Source of the DNA: Saccostrea echinata
Taxonomy: Eukaryota
Direction: 5' to 3'
NCBI RefSeq assembly: GCF_033153115.1
Contig: NW_026889761.1
Coordinates: 16,554,001 to 16,618,000 of the forward strand
Length of the DNA: 64,000 nucleotides
The notes under the pieces are model-generated. The model searched no databases. It saw only the letters and a list, made by a program, of their open reading frames with translations, and was not told where the DNA came from. The first letter of the stretch is position 1; each line of letters starts with the position of its first letter. Shown in pieces: positions 53,769-64,000 of this stretch. Position numbers and translations under genes: made by a program.

Positions 53769-55638
53769 TCTGAAAAAAAAAATAACAAGAAAGAAAAACC
53801 TCACTTAATAATAAAATAAATCACATACATGTAGTTATAACTTCGTATCAAAATTTATAGTTAACTATGATGTGTCCTTTTAAAAGATTTTTAAAATTTT
53901 TTAAAAATGAGTGCCATTTTAGTGTTCAGCACAATTACACAGTAAAAGTCTCAGAAACTGATCTTTGTACGTGGTACATGTACGTTAGGGTATATATTTA
54001 TCAGATGATTCTGTTGAATGAATAAGAATTATCATTCTAGGGAAAAATTCGTAGAAATATCCATGTAAAACGATATTCTTGAAAATAAATGTGAACATAT
54101 AGTAATTAAATATTTTTTTAATTACATTTATGTTAAAAGAATATGATTTTATGCTATGTTGCTATGTATCAGAAAATGTGTGATATTCTATAACAGTTTT
54201 AAAAATTTCTTACCTGTTTATCTTTCTGCAATGGAACTGGGACTCAAACTCTCTTTATAAACTATGAAGTAGAATTCATTAACCAAGAAGCATATAAATT
54301 TTGTATTTTTTTTAAAACGTAATACTGTTATTTATCATGTCAAAAATTGGTTTTTCCAATTAAATTTTAAAAAGATGTAAATTCTCATGTGATAATATGT
54401 AAATGGGGTGTTTTTATTCCTCGACTTTAAGCATTATATGCTTGTCTTTCTGCACAGTAATAACTGTAATTTTATGCGGAAGATTATGTAATTCAAAATT
54501 ATTTATTCTGTCGGTTTTTGTAAATATTTCTTTTTAATCATTCTCATTTTTAACAATAATTTGCCTTGTTTTATTGTAACCCCCCCCCCCATGTTCTCTT
54601 AGGTAGTAAAGTGTAAATATATATGCTAAGGGTTTGGTCATTGCTTATTCCATAGGTATGTTAAAAAAAAACGTTTGATGAACTTGTGATTTGAATGATT
54701 AAAAACATAAGCAAAACAATTTATTTTTCTTTTAAAAATTTATTACACGGTGTTTTCAGGTGAGGACCATACTTCATAGTTATTTAATATATTTTAGACA
54801 TTTTAAACTAATCGTTGGTATCGAACATCAAAAAATTTAAATATGTAAAGAAGTGCAATGTTTTGTCTTATACATCTTACATCTAAAGACAAAGTGGATG
54901 TAAATATTTTAGATAGTAGCAATCAAGTATTAAATTTAATTTTCTGATCAATAAATCTCTAGATTTACAAAAAAAAAGTGACAAAAAAAAATTATATATC
55001 ATATTTTCAAGATGAAGAAAATATATAAATCGAAAGGACAATATTATATAAATATTATATAAAAAGAAACCTTACCAAACTGTTTTGTTTGCTGCAGATC
55101 TGCGTCAAACCTGCTGCAAGGTTGCTGGAAACACAATTGTTGCTTTTTTGTTGGAAGATGTTTGTAGCTAGCTTTAATATTGCGACTAACTTTAAGGCAA
55201 TGGCTGCACGCTTGCAGAAAATTTTGAAGAACTTTACACGTTTGAAGGAAAATTGCAGGAAACACATGAGCAACCGATCGCGAACGTTTGAAGGAAGCTC
55301 GCGGGAACATTAAAAAAGTCGAATTATCCTCTGAAATACAGAAGATACACAGGACAACAAAGACTTTACAATTTAGAAATTTTGATATGAGCCTGTACAC
55401 CTTTCGGAATTGTGTTTGAAGAAGATAATCCTTTTTAAATTTATTCAAAGGTCTTGTTCTTCCAGGCACGTACATGTACTACGGCACACACCATATCTGA
55501 TCGGTAAGATTGTCGTTAATTTCCATTTCAAATTTCAAACATCGGTTTTTAAGTTTTTCATCCGAAAAATCCGTGAACTTTCACCTCTAGTGCCGAGCAT
55601 TTGGTGAAGGAACAGTCACTATACCTACGACTACGTCT

Positions 55639-57260
55639 CGATCAAGAGGCGAATGTCCTACCATGAGGCTACCGTAAGCTATACTTTAAAAGATTTTTGA
55701 TCATATCTTCCTATATATGCCATTTTGAAACTTTGATCGCCCATTGATCCATCCTTTCCCCATGGTAATGATTTGAACAAACTTGAATTTGCACTACCTT
55801 GAGATGCTGGCAGATTAATAACACTAATCATGGTCCCTGTGTTCTTGAGAAGAAAATTGTTATTGTCCCATGAAAACTTTGACCCCCAATTGTAGCTAAT
55901 GCCCATTCTCGGAGGTCATATAAATATACTAATCATGGTCCTGCTGTTCTTGAGAAGAAGACTATTTATTTCCTAAATATTTCCTTAAAAACATTTTTCT
56001 CCTATTGTAGCCCAAGCCTACCCTCGGGACCATGATGTCATTAAACTTGATCGTGCACTAGGAAGCATTCATTTCAGTATATATTTTGGCCAGGTCGTTC
56101 TTGCGAAGAAGATTATTTATGACATACAATTTTGCCTTTTCTTGATTATCTCCCCATTTAAAAGTCAGTGAATTTTAATTTGAACAACCTGAATCAATTT
56201 TAACATAGGATACTCGTGCCAATTTTGGTTGAAATTTGCCCAGTGGCTCTGAAGAAGAAAATGAAATTATAAAAGAAAACTAGAGCGAGCTCGTTGCAAA
56301 GCAACGAGTAGGTCTTCCGTTGGAGCTGCGGAAGGAAGAAGTGACCTTGAGTCAATGTCATGCCACATTCTAAAGTTATACATGTAAGCAATCTTGTAAG
56401 GGGAAGCAACTTACAATATTTCGCTAGGAAAAATTGTAAAGGAATGTAGCTGACCTTGAACATTCCAAATGACCTTGCGTCAAGCCATGACACACTCTTG
56501 TCATAAAACCCAATCTGTGTGTTACCGACTTGAAAAGTTCACAGTGACACGTTCTTTTAGTCCATACATACAGTCAAAACACCTTATCCTTAGTGACCCT
56601 GAACTTGAGTCAAGGCCATGTCACACTCTGCATGATACCAGCAATATTTCACTAGTACAAATACAGTAGCGAAATTACAGTTTCTCTGTCGGTGACCTTG
56701 ACTCGACCAAATGACCTTGCATCAAGGCCATAACACACACTGGTTAAGAGCAATCCCAATCTGTGGGTTTCTGAATGGATAAGTTCAGCCATGTTTTTTC
56801 AGACCATACAGCGAGTCGGAATAATTTGTTAGGTTCAACACAATGATTAAAAAATTCATTGAGAATGTTTTATGTGCAGTTTGGATAAGTAGTAAAATGT
56901 GGAGATCGGTCCTTTGGATGAGACCGTATAAGGTCTCGTGTCGGGGTAAGTGCTAGCATGAAAAGGATCTCTCATGCTATAAATTTTGAATTTACCGGGT
57001 GACAGTAAAAACAAAATTTACAACATGACATGTAAATTTTTTATTTACTGACAACCGGTAAGTTCAAAATTTACAACATGACAGATCCATGGCACTTGAT
57101 TCTACCTCTGATTTCAAAAGGTTTGCACTGCTCCTGATTTGTATTGTTTGAATGATCTTTTAAGCTTGAATGCTGCACAGGTGCTTGTGGACAGGACCCC
57201 CATATACACCCTGGGTCCAAGAATATTTTTATTCGACTTTTTCCGTACATTAATCTTCTA
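55639..57260 (-). repeat. Left arm of a ~1.62 kb near-identical inverted duplication
   Basis: Reverse complement of 60093-61714 with only scattered substitutions. The ORF track gives mirror-image identical peptides. Similarity extends more divergently into SINE sequence (55540-55637 vs 61760-61855). Confidence 0.95.
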
Positions 57261-60092
57261 GTACACATTTACAATGTATTCCATATGAAAAATCCAAAAA
57301 GTAACGTAGAACAATTAATGTTCTATTAAAAAATCATACCTGCGGTATTATGAAATAGAGAAGGTAAGTCACTTCCATTTATTAACACTGGACCCCTCTT
57401 GGAAATCGGGCCTAAAATATCATATACCTACTACATGTTACCAAAATATGTTATTATATCTTGTTTCGGTAGATATTTTTGCGTGGACCCTGAGGTCCAC
57501 GCAGAAAATATATTAGCGGAGTTAAACCGGATGCCATGGGCTTACGTCAGGCTACGCATGCGCGAGGATGTTAGAGAGTTCGCCTATAAGATAACTTGCC
57601 CGTAGAACAATTCGCCCTCTTCGAATTAGAATATGCCAATCATTGGCAAACCTCGCTCTAAAATCTGCACATCGTATTTATGTATTCTTTGGCGTAACCA
57701 AGATCTGAATTTCTCTTTAATGCATATATCCTTATATACAAACTAAATTCTATGGTACAAGCATTTTAAATAAGTAGGAAGAACTTATAGAGATAGCTTA
57801 ACAGCTTGAACATGTTGAATTAAAACCACTCTACGTTTTAAAAGATAGTCATTTGCCATGTTTACCGGCATTAGTTTTGTGCATCAAGGTTTGCAAAATT
57901 ATTTGATAGACAGCAATCCAAATATAGCTTGATAAAGGCCTGTAGCAATGTGTTTCATGTGGGGGAGAGGGAGAAACATCCCAAAAAAATTCTGCGTACT
58001 ACAGATCTGTGCTACACGTGTACCATCTATCTTTCCAATGATAGGATATTTCCGTATAAATCTAGTACAGATGTCAAGTCCTATCGTTAAGCATTACATG
58101 TATCGAAATAGCCCGATTTTTTTCAGTTAAATGACAAAACTATAGGCCAATCGGGAATAAAATTTAACAAATTTGCTAGAAAAGTACAATCACTCAAAGT
58201 AGGCAGATCATTGTAAAAAATGTTAACGAAAGGTAAACCTGTGCCACCTTTCAGAGTAACCAATGAACTCGTCCATGGATGCATTGACGGTCGTTTTAAC
58301 AAGAATAGATATGGGTTACCCCATATCCAAAATATTCGACTTTTAATTTACTCCAATTTTCACTAGAAAAAAAAACTGTACATGTTATGAAACTGGTGTA
58401 TAGTTCTTCATGTCTGTAGCAAATACCGTCACCAGTCTAAGCGTCACTAGCAAACAGTACACACTCCTGTGCTTGCAAGACCAAATAGCCTAGGTCTTCA
58501 CAGTCAATTGCATCTTCTCAGACCTTCTGCCGAGAAGTTACGATTGCAGGTGTTGTATGTTAACCATTCCGTTATTTAAAAGAGACAGAGAAAAAATACA
58601 CACACACAAAATTAATCTTTTTTGTGTTTTTAAATGATCGAGTTAATCGATAACTTAGCATTAATTGTTTAAGATAACTCGAGACCCTTTGGTAAAGGGG
58701 GGGGGGGGAGTTCTAAGTCACACCACAGGCACTTACATTCAAGCCCGTAGCAACGGTTTTCAAAGGGGGCAACCTCCAAAATGAGTTGACAAGCAGAAAT
58801 AAATAAATAAATTAACAACCTGTGCACCACCCTGTAAAATCCTATTTAGGGAGGGGGGGGGGGGCTTCGTCTAACTTTTCGGTACATTTTGATTTCTTTT
58901 AAATGTTTGATTTTCTGTATTTTGAACCTTTCCGCAACAAAAAGTGCGAGGGAGCTTCCAGTGTAAATTAAAAGATATATTCAAATTCTAACAAAAGATT
59001 TTTTTAAAGAAGAAGTGAGCCCCCCTCCCCCACATTTTGAACCTTTCTCTTTATTTATTAAAATATCACCATAATATAAGGAGATAAATATTGTCCTTTA
59101 CAAAAATTTTGATATTTCTTAGGCAAAATTTGTACACTAAATTAATTGTCATGTACAAATTTTGCATGAGAAATATCAAAATTTTTGTAAAGGATAATAT
59201 TCTCTTATGGATACTTCCTTTCATGACTTTTTATACATACTTCTTAAAGTTAGTTACTTTAGAAGATGGTCCAAAAATGGCATAGCCGTACGCTCGTTCG
59301 CTGGAATCTTCCGATGATACCAAAGTGAAATATTTCAAGTTACATGTGGGTGGTCGAGGCCCGGAACCGGTATTGTGAAGGTACACGGAGGAAGCAATAA
59401 GCAAAACTCTATCTAGAGAGCAGAAAGGGCAGAGATTGAAGTACTTAATATTTTATTGAAAATACTAGATTTAAAAAAATATATATATTACAGAATAAAC
59501 ATTCTCTCTCTCTCTCTCTTCCTCTTTCTGCAAAAATATAGGGGGTTCCAACACCCGAACCCCCCTCCCTGGATACACCAATGGAGATTACGATACCTGC
59601 ACGCTTCAGCCTCTTTTAATTCAAGGCTAAATTACAATTGTGATAGATACCTAAATCAACATTTCATATTCATATCATTTCAAGGTCATGATTTTTCTTA
59701 TCATTACAGCCTAATTAAGCAGACTTAAATAACGATGAAAATTAGGTAAAAAGATTAAACTTAATTACACCTTTGTAAACTCACTAAATCTAGAAATTTT
59801 CTTCGAATTTCGTTTCGAAACACATGCATATGGTCCACGTATTGCAGTCCTTTTTTAAAGGACAGCAACTTGTTTTGTCTTTAATCGTGCTATTTAATTG
59901 TCTATGCATTCCACAATAATCCGAGTATTCATCGTCAAACGTAAAAAATGTAAGATTTGGAAATGTCAAAGTAGAAATTATACGGAAGTGATGCAGAAAC
60001 GACATCTAGCGGGTAACTCTCGAGTTCCGAGTCTTACAGAATTAAGGGAAAGGCAAGAGGTCTACGGAAAAGTTCGGGAAAATTTTGATGAA

Positions 60093-61714
60093 TAGAAGAT
60101 TAATGTATGGAAAAAGTCGAATAAAAATATTCTTGGACCCAGGGTGTATATGGGGGTCCTGTCCACAAGCACCTGTGCAGCATTCAAGCTTAAAAGACCA
60201 TTCAAACAATACAAATCAGGAGCAGTGCAAACCTTTTGAAATCAGAGGTAGAATCAAGTGCCATGGATCTGTCATGTTGTAAATTTTGAACTTACCGGTT
60301 GTCAGTAAATACAAAAATTACATGTCATGTTGTAAATTTTGTTTTTACTGTCACCCGGTAAATTCAAAATTTATAGCATGAGAGATCCTTTTCATGCTAG
60401 CACTTACCCCGACACGAGACCTTATACGGTCTCATCCAAAGGACCGATCTCCACATTTTACTACTTATCCAAACTGCACATAAAACATTCTCAATGAATT
60501 TTTTAATCATTGTGTTGAACCTAACAAATTATTCCGACTCGCTGTATGGTCTGAAAAAACATGGCTGAACTTATCCATTCAGAAACCCACAGATTGGGAT
60601 TGCTCTTAACCAGTGTGTGTTATGGCCTTGATGCAAGGTCATTTGGTCGAGTCAAGGTCACCGACAGAGAAACTGTAATTTCGCTACTGTATTTGTACTA
60701 GTGAAATATTGCTGGTATCATGCAGAGTGTGACATGGCCTTGACTCAAGTTCAGGGTCACTAAGGATAAGGTGTTTTGACTGTATGTATGGACTAAAAGA
60801 ACGTGTCACTGTGAACTTTTCAAGTCGGTAACACACAGATTGGGTTTTATGACAAGAGTGTGTCATGGCTTGACGCAAGGTCATTTGGAATGTTCAAGGT
60901 CAGCTACATTCCTTTACAATTTTTCCTAGCGAAATATTGTAAGTTGCTTCCCCTTACAAGATTGCTTACATGTATAACTTTAGAATGTGGCATGACATTG
61001 ACTCAAGGTCACTTCTTCCTTCCGCAGCTCCAACGGAAGACCTACTCGTTGCTTTGCAACGAGCTCGCTCTAGTTTTCTTTTATAATTTCATTTTCTTCT
61101 TCAGAGCCACTGGGCAAATTTCAACCAAAATTGGCACGAGTATCCTATGTTAAAATTGATTCAGGTTGTTCAAATTAAAATTCACTGACTTTTAAATGGG
61201 GAGATAATCAAGAAAAGGCAAAATTGTATGTCATAAATAATCTTCTTCGCAAGAACGACCTGGCCAAAATATATACTGAAATGAATGCTTCCTAGTGCAC
61301 GATCAAGTTTAATGACATCATGGTCCCGAGGGTAGGCTTGGGCTACAATAGGAGAAAAATGTTTTTAAGGAAATATTTAGGAAATAAATAGTCTTCTTCT
61401 CAAGAACAGCAGGACCATGATTAGTATATTTATATGACCTCCGAGAATGGGCATTAGCTACAATTGGGGGTCAAAGTTTTCATGGGACAATAACAATTTT
61501 CTTCTCAAGAACACAGGGACCATGATTAGTGTTATTAATCTGCCAGCATCTCAAGGTAGTGCAAATTCAAGTTTGTTCAAATCATTACCATGGGGAAAGG
61601 ATAGATCAATGGGCGATCAAAGTTTCAAAATGGCATATATAGGAAAATATGATCAAAAATCTTTTAAAGTATAGCTTACGGTAGCCTCATGGTAGGACAT
61701 TCGCTTCTTGATCG
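60093..61714 (+). repeat. Right arm of the inverted duplication (mosaic of PLE tail, palindromic MITE, TGACCTTG-repeat Helitron-like element, Cg170-like units and SINE head)
   Basis: Matches 55639-57260 in reverse. Helitron-type 3' end CTCGTTGCTTTGCAACGAG...CTAG|T at ~61045-61073. Cg170-like motifs CAAGTTTGTTCAAATC and ATTTCAACCAAAATTGGCAC. Confidence 0.95.
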
Positions 61715-61990
61715 GGAAGCCCGAATTCACTTCTCGTTCGCCGCGCCGCGACAAACCTAAGACGTAGTCGTAGGTTGTGACTGTTCCTTCACCAAACGCC
61801 CGGCATTAGAGGTGAAAGTCGCGGATTTTTCGGATGAAACCTGAAAACCCGATGTCCCGTGTCAAAGTAAATCCTGTTAAAGAACCCTAACAACTCAATT
61901 GCCCTAGGTGCCAAATATAGGTCTAAACTTCAACGGCATATTGTGTCGTCCCGTAATGGGACGTAAGATAACATATCATATAATCAATCA
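61675..61990 (+). mobile_element. tRNA-derived SINE (bivalve-type)
   Basis: tRNA-like head GGTAGCCTCATGGTAGGACATTCGCTT, body GTGACTGTTCCTTCACCAAACGCCCGGCATTAGAGGTGAAAGTC...CCCGTGTC, and an (AATC)n-like tail. Confidence 0.7.
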
Positions 61991-62651
61991 ATTAATCTAA
62001 AGTTTAAGCTTTGCCACATATAGTGATATGAATAAATAGGATCCTCAGATAGAGCAAATTTTTTCAAAACATGGCCCCGGGGATATAAGTTGGTACCACA
62101 GTGCGATATTAGAATTTTACGTTGAATTAGGAAAACAATCTTATAAAATACTCCTCATTGGCACAATAGGGTCATGTTTAGTGATATTAATTTTAAACAT
62201 TGCCAGATCATGTTGAATTTAGTTTTTCACCCTTGAGAGTAAATCGGGATCACAGTGGAGAATCTAAGAAAAAATATCTTCTTAAAGACTACCGTTTCTC
62301 AAGATTCAAACAAAATGGAATTAAATAGAATGAAAGGAAATTAAAGAGAGCAGGATTTAAAGAAATATCCAGAGATACCTGGTGTGGCACAGTGACCTTC
62401 TTTCCAATACATTTCTAATAAAATGTCATAATTATGTTTGTACGCTTATTATTACTCATGCAAATGAATAAGGAAAACTAAAATCGTACATAACTGTTTG
62501 TTGATACATGTAAGCTTAAGATATTTTCTATAGTGACACATACTAAAAAGTTGGCACGTAAGAATGATAAATTTTACTTTGCTAAAAATGTTGCAGACAG
62601 TTGCTAGACATGCATCAGAATGAAGAAAGCGGGATAAAAATGACAGTAATT

Positions 62652-62655
<4 letters not shown>

Positions 62656-62717
<62 letters not shown>
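62656..62717 (+). repeat. Compound (GT)n(GA)n microsatellite
   Basis: Seen directly. Confidence 0.95.
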
Positions 62718-62720
<3 letters not shown>

Positions 62721-63744
62721 ATTTCAAACATACTTTATATGAATACATTCATTTTTGTTTTGTATATGTTTTCCAGAGTTTTGTGAGTTGAGCTGTTTAG
62801 TAACAAAGTGTTAGAAATTTACGCAGTATGTAGTAAAACCTGCTTTTTTAATAACCTCTTTCCGCTGCTATGACTGGTGGTTTTAATTTCTGCACATGTA
62901 ACATGGAAGATAACTTTTTTAAAAGAGAGAGAAAAAAAAGAAAATATCTGGTTCACAAGGAAGCATGGCATTCATAATTTACTGGCATCTCCAATCTCGT
63001 CAATTGTAAATAGTTTTCACACAGTATATACGTTTATCAGGCATGACCGGAAAGTTTCATTGAGTTGTAAATAAGCTTCCATTCCCGTTAAAGGGTAGCT
63101 TGTTTAATATTATTTTACAATGTAAATTCATATGATTTCATATAAAGGACATACAAGTACCGAGTATAAAAATGAATTCATGTCTACATCGGGGAGTGAT
63201 ATTGAAAATGTTAGTATTAACTTAAAAGATATTACATCATGATAGTTTCAAAAACACTCCCCTATATATATTACACACGGACTTTTGCGCATTATCTACT
63301 CAATAAAAAATATTTCTATATCACTTGACTACTTTACACTTACTTTGCTAATAATAGCTCAAGTAGCATAAGTTAGTTGGTCATTATCTTTACTGCACAC
63401 TAAAACGTAATTAAGCCCTTATCCTCAATCCTCACCAAAATATTATCTGTGTGAAGGAGAAACTTCGGATGTTTTAGTGGTGTAAATAAAATATTGATTC
63501 AAAACAAAATTCAAAGAACCTTTGGAAATGTCCAACTCTCAATTTTTTTCAAATATCAATAGCATTCACAGAATTGGCTTTTCTACGCTTTATACGATTA
63601 TTCCTCACGATAAAGAGCAGGCTTTTTAACATCAATAAAACTGTATCCTCAACATAAAGGGTAAACTCATAAATTTTCATATTTCTAATGGTCAACCGAA
63701 AAATTACTTTTTAAAAAATTATTCTTATTCTACATACAAGTACT

Positions 63745-64000
63745 CTAGCTGATATGGATATAAAAATAGATGCTGGAGTTCCTCATTAACAATATCTTTG
63801 CAGTCTTTGGAGACCAGGTCTTCCAACAACCTGTTGGAATTTTGATGGACACTAATTGTGTCCCTCGATTTATTCCATTAACTCGAATGAAAGACACTAC
63901 TGAGTCTGCCTCTTTCATATTATGATGTTTTTCTGAGTAGAGAATATAATGGCCAACTAATAACCAAACTGTGTGACAAGTGGGATGACCAGTTTTTCAA
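63745..64000 (+). mobile_element. Penelope-like RT fragment, internally deleted, running off the window end
   Basis: MLEFLINNIFAVFGDQVFQQPVGILMDTNCVP is homologous to 32770-32870. Confidence 0.75.

Noticed and set aside
55044-55475. 143 aa minus-strand ORF and overlapping ORFs
   Set aside because: Overlaps TGCAG-rich repeat-like DNA; no recognisable domain or splice context.
55679-61674. Duplicated identical ORFs (75, 97, 66, 65 aa) on opposite strands
   Set aside because: By-products of the inverted duplication of repeat DNA, with no protein-like features.
61675-61750. tRNA-like sequence
   Set aside because: Degenerate head of a SINE; no intact cloverleaf.

Overview
AT-rich, intron-containing animal genomic DNA. 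It is most likely a bivalve, probably an oyster, judged from Cg170-like/Helentron-type repeats, an oyster-like tRNA-SINE, Penelope-like RT fragments, and IAP and B-box/NHL genes typical of bivalve expansions. The first ~16 kb is mobile-element debris: a decayed L1/Tx1-type LINE with a MITE insertion and an inverted 3' piece, a 3.95 kb TIR element, a decayed CxxH-type DDE transposase, and a Kolobok-like transposase fragment. From 17.9 to 54 kb lies an immunity-flavoured gene neighbourhood that I reconstructed by hand from splice sites. It holds a 5-exon stand-alone UBA-like gene missed by the ORF track, a BIR-UBA-RING IAP, a 2-BIR RING-less IAP (both IAPs have kB-like sites near TATA boxes), a mucin-like single-pass membrane protein, and a frameshifted B-box/B-box/coiled-coil/NHL gene. 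The most striking part is two paralogous spliced NlpC/P60-CHAP-like (bacterial-type Cys-His amidase) genes flanking a small secreted 8-Cys peptide gene. One amidase is intact with a signal peptide; the other has an in-frame deletion of the six codons that carry the catalytic Cys. The end of the window holds a ~1.6 kb near-identical inverted duplication around a 2.8 kb spacer. All homology calls are from motif recognition; no database searches were run.
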